DNA of 64,000 nt. Origin: Octopus vulgaris. Its lineage: Eukaryota. Below the pieces are notes generated by a model. The model made no database searches. It had not been told where the DNA came from and worked only from the letters and a program-made list of their open reading frames with translations. Each line of letters starts with the position of its first letter. Position 1 is the stretch's first letter. The stretch is taken from positions 128,278,001 to 128,342,000 of the forward strand of contig OX597814.1 in the NCBI GenBank assembly GCA_951406725.2. The letters run 5' to 3'. Shown here piece after piece: positions 51,240 to 62,029 of the stretch. Both the position numbers and the translations under genes were made by a program.

Positions 51240-52578
51240 GTAAGTAAACATGTCTCTCTTCACACAAATGCTGGTTCATTTTTATCAAATTTTCTTGTTT
51301 TTACTATCTGACTGTTTTCTTCTTTTTTGCCTTATTTAATCTGTTTTCTATATGGGAGATTAAATAAAATAATACATGCGCCATTTTTAAAGCCTAGCCA
51401 GGCTCATGGGTCCAGTTTCCTGGTTTTAGTGGCGTATGTGTTCCCCAGCTGGATGGGACGTCAGTCCATCGCAGCATTACTCATTTTTACCAGCTGAGTG
51501 GAGCAACGTGAAATGAAGTGTTTTGCTCAAGAACACGTGTCGCCTGGTCCAGGAATTGAAACCACAATCTTACGATCATGATGCTGACACCCTAACCACT
51601 AAGCCATGTGCCTCCACATATGGGAGATTGCTTGCTTTGCCAAATTGGTACATTTGCATAATACTGTCAAAAATCATCATCATCATCATCGTTTAACGTC
51701 CGCTTTCCATTCTAGCATGGGTTGGACGGTTCGACTGGGGTCTGGGAAGCCAGGAAGCTGCACCAGGCCCAGTCTGATCTGGCAGTGTTTCTACAGCTGG
51801 ATGCCCTTCCTAATGCCAGCCACTCCATGAGTGTAGTGGTTACTTTTTACGTGCCACTAGCACAGGTGCCAGGTGAGGCTGGCAATGGCCATGATCGGTT
51901 GGTGCGTTTTACGTGCCATCAGCACAGAGGCCAGTCGAGGCGGCACTGGCAATGGCCACATTTGGATGGTTCTCTTACGTGCCACCGGCACTGGTATCAC
52001 AGCTATAATTTCCATTGATTTTTTTATCGATTTCAATTTCACTTGCCTCAACAGGTCTTTGCAAGCAGAGTTTTGTGTCTCAAGAAGGAAAGGTATGCAT
52101 AGTAGACTGGCTACATCCCAGGTAGAGGCCACAAATTATGGTCTCACTTGTCCTGCCGGGTCTTCTCACGCACAGCATACTTCCAAAGTATGCTTAACTA
52201 GTTTCCCAATCTAGTGCCCACATGGTGTGGAATCTGTTTGTCATTTAGATACTCTATACAGATTAATTGCTGATAGGGGCACCATATTTCATTATGCAAC
52301 CATAATATACAACCAAGAATATTAAAGGTTTATTGGTTTATCCAGTTGTGTTACATCATTATATTTGGTGGCTGTTTAAGCTATGTGTTTCTGGATGGTT
52401 AATGGTTTGGATGTGGTGTTGAAGAAGAAACAAAAACTCCTGAAATATGCATATACGCTCATTAGATATTTCTCATTTGATATTTTTCTAATCGCAATGT
52501 TTATACAGATGTATTCATATATGAAACGTTGTAACTTCCAGTGTTGGCTCTAATTTCTAAGGAAAATCTGTAGAGATA

Positions 52579-52978
52579 GGCACAGGAATGGCTGTGTGGT
52601 AAGTAGCTTGCTTACCAACCACATGGTTCCGGGTTCAGCCCCACTGCGTGGCACCTTGGGCAAGTGTCTTCTACTATAGCCTTGGGCCAACCAAAGCCTT
52701 GTGAGTGGATTTGTTAGACGGAAACTGAAAGATGCCTGTCGTATATATGTATATATATATATATGTGTGTGTGTCTGTGTTTGTCCCCTCATCATTGCTT
52801 GACAACTAATGCTAGTGTGTTTATGTTCCTGTAACATAACAGTGCAGCAAAAGAGACCGATAGAATAAGCGCTAGGCTTACAAAGAATAAGTCTTGGGAT
52901 CGATTTGCTAGACTAAAGGCGGTGCTCCAGCATGGCTGCAGTCAACTGACTGAAACAAGTAAAAGAGTAAAAGAGATA
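52579..52978 (+). mobile_element. SINE family A
   Basis: Near-identical to 5170-5565. Confidence 0.88.
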
Positions 52979-53138
52979 ACTTTAAAAAGTAGATCTATAG
53001 AGTTAAAAGGCTGGCTGTGAGGTCAGCAGTCCAGTATCTTAATACTACAACTACCAAGTGTTGAGTATCTTTCATATATGTAGGATCAATAAAAACTGGC
53101 CTGATCTGTTATGCAATTGTTTAATACAGTCTGGCCTT

Positions 53139-53169
<31 letters not shown>

Positions 53170-53171
53170 TT

Positions 53172-53401
53172 TTCTGTTGCTTCTTTCAGTCATTTGACTG
53201 CGGCCATGCTGGGGCACCACCTTTAGTCGAACAAATTGACCCCAAGGTTTATTCTTTGTAAGCCTAGTACTTATTCTATCAGTCTCTTTTGGCGAACCGT
53301 TAAGAGACGGGGATGTAAACACACCAACATCGGTTGTCAAGCGATGGTAGGGGGGGGCACAAACACAGACACAAATAACAAATGCACACACACACACACA
53401 C

Positions 53402-53450
<49 letters not shown>

Positions 53451-53577
53451 ACTTCTTTCAGTTTCTGTCTACCAAATCCACTCACAAGGCTTTGCTCAAG
53501 GTGCCACGTAGTGGGACTGAACCCAGAACCATGTGATTGGGAAGCAAGCTTCTTACCACTCAGCCACTCCTGCACCT
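53172..53577 (-). mobile_element. SINE family A
   Basis: Reverse complement of family A, with an internal deletion. Confidence 0.87.
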
Positions 53578-53579
53578 AT

Positions 53580-53633
53580 GACATTAGTTATTTGTATCCA
53601 CTGAACTCTAGTCATACAACACTACAATATGAT

Positions 53634-53695
<62 letters not shown>

Positions 53696-53996
53696 CCTGA
53701 TACAAGTATCTACTCATAACAAATGAAGTTTTAGTGATTGGGATAGATTACCATATGAGTAATAAGTGCAGATTTGTATGTCTTTACAATTATTCAGTTT
53801 CACAACTTAGAAAAAAACCTTTTGAGAGTCATTTGTACCAATGTTAATTTCTTAAATTTCACAATGTTCATATTCTGCCATAGTTATTGTATACCTACTT
53901 CAGTGATAATAACAATTTCCTCAACTAGAGACAGTATTAGTCATCACATTGTATTGTTGTATAATTAGAGTTCAGTGGACATAAATAACTAATGCC
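53580..53996. repeat. Inverted repeat with about 59-bp arms
   Basis: 53580-53638 versus 53938-53996. Confidence 0.75.
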
Positions 53997-54185
53997 AGTA
54001 TTGTGAGCATGGAGTGATAATGAATGCAATTGTTTGGAGTGCATGGAGTGGTCAATGACATTGCTCAGTGCGTATGCAATGAATGATGGAAATAAACAGA
54101 GAAAGAAGGGTAAAGAGGAGCAGAAGCAAATTGACTGCAACGAAATAAGGCTAAAAAAAATTCTTAATTTTTTCCACAGACTATA

Positions 54186-54620
54186 TAGGAGCTCCCTCTT
54201 TGATTAGTTGTTCCAATGATGATACAGGAGTTCCCTCGTTGGTTGATTGTTCCATTGACTACAAAAGAACTCCCTTATTTGTTGGCTGTTCTAATGATGA
54301 TACAGGAGCTCCCTCATTGGTCAGTTATTTCATTGGCTACAAAAGAACTCCCTCATTGGTTGGCTGTTCCAATGATGATACAGGAGCTCCCTCATTGGTT
54401 GATTGTTCCATTGACTACAAAGGAGCACCTTCATTAGTTGGCTGTTCCACTGATTCCTTAGGAGCTCCCTCTTTGGTTACCTGTCCCACTGATTTCATAG
54501 GAGCTCCTTCATTATCTACTTGTCCCATTGACTACAAAGAAGCTCCTTCCTTGGTTGGCTTTTCTAATGACTAAATAGATCTCTTATCGGTTGGCTGTTC
54601 CACTGACTATAAAGGAGATG
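54186..54620. repeat. 39-bp minisatellite, about 11 units, partial 78-bp higher-order structure
   Basis: Unit AGGAGCTCCCTCATTGGTTGGCTGTTCCAATGATGATAC; 13-aa periodicity in ORF 54200-54574. Confidence 0.92.
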
Positions 54621-54688
54621 CTTTATTATTTCTGTTATGCTCTTAGTGATTTCTTCATTCCATTGGTTATTACTGTTTCGTATTGTAG

Positions 54689-54795
54689 GTTTTGATATTA
54701 GAGTGCCTCCATCAGTTGATCCTGTCCAATTTGAAGAAAGGCTTAATAACTTGTGCAAGGAAGCTGGAGAGGGATTGACTCTTGAATATGTGCAG
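54689..54795 (+). CDS. ACY1: ACY1 exon 13
   Basis: (C)FDIRVPPSVDPVQFEERLNNLCKEAGEGLTLEYVQ; donor CAG|gtaaga. Confidence 0.96.
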
Positions 54796-56141
54796 GTAAG
54801 ATGTATGTGTGTGTGTGTATCATCATCATCATTTAGCATCTGCTTTCCATTCTGGCATGAGTTAGACAGTTTGAATGGAACTGCTAAGCTGCAGAGCTGC
54901 ACCAAGTTCTAGTCTGATTTGGCATGGTTTCTACCGTTGGATGCCCTTCTTAATGCCACCCACTCCAAGAGTAATGGGTGCCTTTTACATGCCATCAGTG
55001 CAGATGCTTCTACATTCTACTGGCACAAGTGCCATTTATGTGACACCAGCATCATCCACAACTATGATTTCACATGGCTTGAAGAGTCTTTTCAAGCATG
55101 GCATTTCGCCAAAGATCTCAGTCACAATATGTATGTATGTACGTATGTATATATCATCATCATCAGCAGCAGCATCATCATTTAACATCCGTTTTCCATG
55201 CTAGCATGGGTTGGACAGTTCAACCGAGGTCTGGGAAGCCAAGGGGCTGCACCAGGCTCCAGTCTGATCTGGCCTGGTTTCTACAGCTGGATGCCCTTCC
55301 TAATGCCAACCACTCCGTGAGTGTAGTGGGTGCTTTTTACGTGCCACCAGCACAGGTGCCAGGTGAGGCTGGCAACAGCCATGATCGCTTGGTGCTTTTT
55401 ACGTGCCACCAGCATGGAAGCCAGTCAAGGCGGCGCTGGCAACAGCCACGTTCGGATGGTGCTGTTTATGTGCCACCAGTACACGTATCACAACTATAAT
55501 TTCCAATATATATAAAATACAAAATACACAATTATATCTTGAGATCGCTAGTAATAACAATACTCAAAAATATAAAACAGACTGGAGTTGTAGTGCTCCA
55601 AATGAGCTATATTCCACTTCTTAATCTGAACAGAGGGAATGCGAGCAGTAACTAAAGGAACATTACTAAAATCCACACAGAAAGATCAAACACGTACATA
55701 TACTCATTTATCTCTACAGAACAGATATAAAGTCCAACGTTTAAAAATATAACAATATATCAATAAATAAACATCATATAATATATATAAATATATAAGA
55801 ATCAGTGTTGTATACAAAATGCAGTGAATTTACGCTTAAAATCATAAAACATTTGGTAAATTAAAAATTTGGGATAATAAAACATATAAGCACTCTTGGA
55901 GTGGTTGGCTACACCCCCGAAGTGGTTGGCGTTAGGAAGGGCATCCAGCTGTAGAAACTCTGCCAAATCAAGATTGGAGCCTGCTGCAGCCCTCAGTCAA
56001 AATCGTCCAACCCATGCCAGCATGGAAAGCGGACGTTAAATGATGATGATGATGATGATGATAAAGAACACATTAAAATGACATATTAAAATTCCAGAAA
56101 AAATATAGAAAAAATAAAAATACAAAAGTTACAAAATTGTT

Positions 56142-56223
56142 CATCTATGGGCAGTTTTGGAGACGCACCAATTAGTACGGAACATTTCATATATTCGAAA
56201 TTGACACTCCCCTCATCAGGATG
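56142..56223 (-). ncRNA. Decayed Penelope-type hammerhead with long stem II
   Basis: CATC-CTGATGA-GGGGAG...CTCC-AAAAC-TGCCC-ATA-GATG; two G>A changes, both at CpG-compatible sites. Confidence 0.55.
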
Positions 56224-57399
56224 TTTTTTACACACAATACACAATACATGGAAACAAATGTACAATTACATACCAGCTATCTACGAGAGCTAACATTGAA
56301 AAGCAGCCATCGACAACAATCAAAATGATATATATGAAATCATCAGATTTTTAATATCCACTTTTCAAGACCTGCATGGGTCAGATGATAACTTTATTGG
56401 GGTCCAATTTTTCTGATGGCTGGGATGTTTTTCCTATGGCCAATCTTCACTTTTTTTACAAATAAAATAATATTTCTCCTAGTCTATCAAACAACAAACA
56501 ATCTGGATATACTTTTCTAAAGGATGGAAAACAAGTAATACTGTTTTTATGAACAGTGATTCTTTGTTTTCAGTAAGTATGCACATCATCATCATCATCA
56601 TCGTTTAATGTCCGCTTTCTATGCTAGCATGGGTTGGATGATTTTGACTGAGGGCTGGCAAATCAGATGGCTGCACCAGGCTCCAATCTTGATTTGGCAG
56701 AGTTTCTACAACTGGATGCCCTTCCTAACGCCAGCCACTCTGAGAGTGTAGTGGGTGCTTTTTACGTGCCACCGGCATGGGGGCCAGTCGGACGGTACTG
56801 GCAACGACCTTGCTCAAATCTTTTTACACATGCCACCAGCACAGATGCCAGTAAGGCGACGTTGGTAACGATTACACTCGAATGGTGCCCTTTTACATGC
56901 CACCGGCACGGAAGCCAGTTGGCTGCTCTGGCAATGATCACACTCGGATGGTGCTCTTGGCACCCTACTATCACGGGCACAAGTGCCAGTAAGGCGACAC
57001 TGGTAATGATCACACTCGAATGGTGTCTTTTATGTGCCACTGGCACGGAAGCTGGTTAGCCGCTCTGTCAACGATCACGCTCGTATGGTGCTCTTTGCAT
57101 CTCGCCAGTCATCGAATGTGATTTTGATTTTGATTTTGATTTCACTTGCTGGGAAGACAAAAGCAATACATACTCTCTCTCTCCCTCTCTCTCTCATACA
57201 CAAACACACACACACTCTCTCTTTCTATTATGCAAATACACACACACATCCTGTTTCCATTTATCAAATGTTACCCATAGGGTATTGGTCAGCCTGTAAC
57301 TATAGTAAAAGACATCATCTGAATGTTACATCCATTGAGTTGGTTTCAGATATTCTTTTTCCATTTGGTGGCTAAAATTGAAATGTTTTCTCTTTGCAG

Positions 57400-57479
57400 A
57401 AAGGTTGTGCTAACAAGCTAACCTCCATTGATGACAATAACATTTGGTGGAAGACATTCTCCTCAACATTTGAAAATAT
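57400..57479 (+). CDS. ACY1: ACY1 exon 14
   Basis: KGCANKLTSIDDNNIWWKTFSSTFEN(M); ttgcag|...|gtgagt. Confidence 0.94.
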
Positions 57480-57574
57480 GTGAGTTTTGTTGATTGATGT
57501 CTCAGTTTTTGAATTTTAAATAGGAAAAAAACAAGTAGATAAACAACAGAATAAAGTTAAAATTGAAGTAGACT

Positions 57575-58902
57575 TTGTATGGTAAGAAGCTTGCTTCCCA
57601 GCCACAGGGGTCTGGGTGAAGTCCCACTGTATGGCACCTTGAGCAAGTGTCTTCTACTATAGCCTTGGGCCAAACAAAGCCCTGTGAGTGGATTTGGTAG
57701 ACGGAAACTGTAAGAAGCCTGTCGTGTGTATATATATATATATATATAGAAAATGGAGAAATACATCTAAATCAAATATCAATTACCAGACAAAACTCAA
57801 TCACATACTTTATTGAACCACCACATAAGAAACTGTAGGGTTAAACATAAAAAAGTAGAGCAAAACAGTGTACATAAAGGAGTATACGTAAAAAAGTGTA
57901 CATAAAAGAGTAATGTTATACAATAAGTAGAATATATATAAGAGAATATAAATATAAGTAAATATAAATATAAATATAGATTACATCTTACAGCTGTTTC
58001 GGCCATGCAGATAAGTATGTCTCATTTTACTCATATTAGCCTTTGACCTACCATAAAAGGCTATATTTGATTTAGATGTATTTCTCCATTTTATTATTTT
58101 GTATTATGAATTTGTGGTAAAACATTTTACCTTTGCCCATATAATACAGTAAATGAATTGATTGCATCGCAATCCTTAACATTTATGTATTAACCTTGTT
58201 GGGTACTTCACTAGCAGTATATTGGATATATGTTATCCCATGGAGGGTTGCATTCACAACCCCTATCTCAATTTGTATATATATATATATATATATAACT
58301 TATAAACAAAGGCAAAAGAAAAATTATTTCTATGCCAATATGCTGATAACAGACTTTTAATCGTCAATTTCCACGATTCAAGAATCTACAAAATTTATCC
58401 CGAAATTGATTCAATATAGAAATAACAAACTTTTTTTTTTAAATTCTGTTGGCTAGCTTTCCTCGATTTCAGCACAAAGTGTATTTATAGTGAATGTATA
58501 ACGAAATGTGGAAATTGACAATTTAAAGTCTGTTATCAGCATATTGGCATAGAAATAATTTTTCTTTTGCCCTTGTTTATAAGTTGTTAATAATTTTAAA
58601 CTTTAAAGGTATTTTAATATGCTGCCACTTTTTGATGAAATTTTTTTCTGAAAAAATTTTTATCCTATATTAGTAGTGTATATATATATATGTATGTTTG
58701 TGTCTGTGTTTGTCCCTCCACCATTGCTTGACAACCAATGTTGGTGTGTTTACGTCCCTGTAACTTAGTGGTTTGGTAAAGGAGACTGATAGAATAAGTA
58801 CCAGACTTACAAAGAATAAGTCCTGGGGTCGATTTGCTTGACTAAAGGTGGTGCTCCAGCATGGCTGCAGTCAAATGACTGAAACGGGTAAAAGAGAGAG
58901 TA
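57575..58902 (+). mobile_element. SINE family A split at its (TA)n tract by about 920 bp of nested fold-back elements
   Basis: 5' half 57575-57748 and 3' half about 58672-58902 are colinear with the family sequence. Confidence 0.8.
58296..58585. repeat. Inverted repeat with about 80-bp arms (neighbouring inverted pair 57750-57779 / 58063-58092)
   Basis: AACTTATAAACAAAGGCAAAAGAAAAATTATTTCTATGCC... and its reverse complement. Confidence 0.85.
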
Positions 58903-59528
58903 ACTAAGAAATCCACATCAGTGTAATGTGAAATGTCTTTAAAACTAATTGAAATTACTATAGCTAATTCCTCATAGGGCATGATTTGGTCTTTATAAAA
59001 TGTTATCCACTTGGTCAGTCTGTGTCTGCACAAAATTGTGTGTATGATACAAGTGAACCATCTTGTAACCTGAAAGAATTTTATCATCATTTTTTACATT
59101 TGTTTCTCCTTATGTGTGTTTCGCAAGTCAGTTTCAACACAGCATCTTCGTAATATCTTGAGAGTAATTAAGGTGGTAAACTGGCAGAATCATTACTGCT
59201 GAGGACAAAATGCTTAACGGCATTTCGTGCATCTTTATGTTCTGTATTAGAATTCTGCTGAGGTTGACTTTATTTTTCATTCTTTCAGGTTTGAGGAAAT
59301 AAGTATCAGTTGAGCACTGGGGTTCAATGTAATTGACCTACACTGCTCCCCAAAAATCCAAGGCCTTGTGCCAAAATATGAAACCAATATCTTGGGAGTA
59401 GTTCTCACCACTTCTCTTCTCTTTCTTTTTCTGTCATTTTGCCTTCGCCACCTTTATTTTGGCATCTATGCCTTTGCAACATTCACTTCAGTTTTATATA
59501 TTTCTCTCATTTTTTTTTTTTATTGAAG

Positions 59529-59589
59529 GAATTTGAAAATTAAAACAGAAATATTTCCTGCTGGCACAGATAGCAGATTTCTACGTGAG
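59529..59589 (+). CDS. ACY1: ACY1 exon 15
   Basis: NLKIKTEIFPAGTDSRFLRE; AAG acceptor after a poly-T tract; donor gtatgt. Confidence 0.94.
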
Positions 59590-59763
59590 GTATGTTTCTT
59601 TGCTTTATTTTCTATTGTTTGTACTTTCTAAATGTTGTTAAATGTTAAATAAGAACTAGATTGGCTGAGAAACTAACTTGAAATAGAAATCAAACAACAG
59701 AAAATGCACATTATTTACATTATTTACATTCGACGGATATTTGTCCTCATCTTGTTTGTTGTT

Positions 59764-59809
59764 AACACAACGTTTCAGCTGATATACCCTCCAACCTTCT
59801 TCAGGTGTC
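59764..59809 (-). ncRNA. Minimal type-I hammerhead ribozyme motif in a B-box-bearing short element (about 59705-59950)
   Basis: GACAC-CTGAAGA-A-GGTTGG agggtata TCAGCT-GAAAC-GTT-GTGTT: both core boxes, stems I and II, palindromic AACGTT stem III. Confidence 0.75.
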
Positions 59810-60893
59810 TTGCGGAAATTTCGAACCTGGGTTCTGATTCCTAAGGTATTTTTCGATATTATTATCATTATCATTATTATTAGTGTTCAGGTCACTGCTT
59901 GGAATCGAACTCGGAATCTTAGGGTAAAGAGTGCAGGCTACTAACCCCAAGTTACCTGGTTTCCATTGCATATAAGTGACCAAGACCACAATATTTCCTT
60001 TGAACATGACAGCAGTCCTTTTTTAGGGTTCAAGGCCAGCAATTCTGAGGAGGAAAGGACAAGTCAATGACATCAACCCTAGTAGTTGATGGATACTTTA
60101 TTCTATTGACCCTTCAAAATTTCAAACCTACTAGGTAATTGCATGATAAATGGAAAACAATATGACTAAATAAGTATTGCATTTGACAGAGTAATCAGGG
60201 TTACAATCAAGATAAATTCTTACTTATCAAACCTACCATGCAATCATTAAAATGTCATGCAACAAACTTGATTCCAACATCAATCTTAGTCTTAGCATTT
60301 AATTCATGTACTTGGGCCTCACAGAGACAAAGACAGGAGCTGAGACCTTTGGAGATATGCTGTGATTGAGGAGACCCAACAACTAAAGTCAGATTGCAGC
60401 CATGGCCGATGCCAGTGTTGCAAGTCCAGCCCATTTAAGAGTACCCTTGATGCATCAGGCGATATGATATGTTTGAGAAAACCTGTTGTAGCTGTGACCA
60501 GTGCCCCCTGACTGGCTCCTGTACCAGTGGCACATAAAATACATCATCTGAACATGGTTGATGCCTGTGTCCTCTGACTGGCTTCTGTACCAGTGGCACA
60601 TAAAAAGTACCATCTAAATGTGTGACCGAAGCCGGAACTGCCTCAATGGCTCCTATGCTGGTGACATGTAAAAAGCACCCACTACACTCTCGGAGTGGTT
60701 GGCGTTAGGAAGGGCATCCAGCTGTAGAAATGCTGCCAGATCAGATTGGAGCCTGGTGCAGTCACTGGCTTGCCAGACTTCAGTCAAACTGTCCAACCCA
60801 TGCCAGCATGGAAAAGGCACGTTAAACTATGACGACAACTTCCTCCTTTGTGTTTATATTATATTTAAATAACTTGTCTTTCTTCTCTTCTAG

Positions 60894-61040
60894 CTTGGTT
60901 ATCCAGCTCTGGGTTTTTCTCCTATGAACTTCACACCAATATTATTACATGATCACAATGAGTTTCTTAATGAAAACATCTTCGTGAAAGGAATTGATAT
61001 CTACTACAATTTGATTTCTAATCTTGCAAATGTTAAGTAA
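60894..61040 (+). CDS. ACY1: ACY1 exon 16 (terminal, TAA)
   Basis: [48 protein letters not shown]; Zn ligand H377. Confidence 0.97.
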   Translation, partial: LGYPALGFSPMNFTPILLHDHNEFLNENIFVKGIDIYYNLISNLANVK

Positions 61041-61202
61041 TTCTACATATAAAAGTTTGTTCTCCTGCATGATCGCAGCTGTAACCAAAAGATAGTGTTT
61101 GGAAGAAAATGAAAAAGAAATGGAGGGAATCTAAAACAAGTGAATTACATATTTGATCATATGTACATATTTTCATGCATACATATATAAGTACATTGTG
61201 CA

Positions 61203-61239
<37 letters not shown>

Positions 61240-61724
61240 CTATCCACTCAACCAATGTATTGAGTTCTATATTTCAGATAATGATTGCATGGGGTAAAAT
61301 ATATTTTTATATACTTTACAACTCTTACATTTATATATATATATATATTAAAATTATAAGGGTGTTGAATGATTTACAACACCAGTCTTTATAAAATAAT
61401 TTATTTTATAATTCCTTGCTTACAACCTTGTGTAGTGGAGTAATAATCTAAGTGATTCATAGACCATTTGGGGTCTATTTCTAGCAGACTGGCATTGTAA
61501 TCATTCAACACCCTTATTATGATTTTAATATGAATTAACCATTATGGTGTTTTTAGTATGCTGGCCACTGATAAATCATTAAATAATGATTTTATCCTAA
61601 TTATGTATGATAAAATATATATAAATATACATATATTTGTTTTGTATCAAGTTATTATAAAAACGATTTTATATGAATCTGAGGAAATATTCAATATTCT
61701 TTTGTAGAGTACATATCATTTTTT

Positions 61725-61730
61725 AATAAA
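61725..61730 (+). terminator. Candidate polyadenylation signal of ACY1
   Basis: AATAAA about 685 nt after the stop codon, just before a MITE; not transcript-verified. Confidence 0.4.
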
Positions 61731-61809
61731 AATTAACAGTGACTTCAAAGGTTCAGCCTGTTAGGCCAAGCCATAACTTTGAAATCACTGTCAGTACTAT
61801 TCTTGTTAA

Positions 61810-62029
61810 TCCTTTAGTTACTGCATTTATTTTGAGATGTTCTGTGTTTCTTTCAATTACTTTCAATATAACAAAGGATTTAGTAAAATAACTTAGTTAT
61901 CATTCAGCTAGTGTTAGGAACATAAATTGTGACTAAAGTTTGGTGGAAGATTTTAATTCAGAACTTATGAAAACAAGACATTTGTACACAGAGCCAGAGC
62001 CAGTTTCAGCCAGGTTGGTAACAAAAGGA
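61810..62029. mobile_element. piggyBac-type MITE (related copy about 29500-29689)
   Basis: TTAA flanks; TIR TCCTTTAGTTAC / GTAACAAAAGGA. Confidence 0.75.

Noticed and set aside
54637-54912. 91-aa stand-alone ORF
   Set aside because: Only 54689-54795 is coding (ACY1 exon 13); the rest is intron
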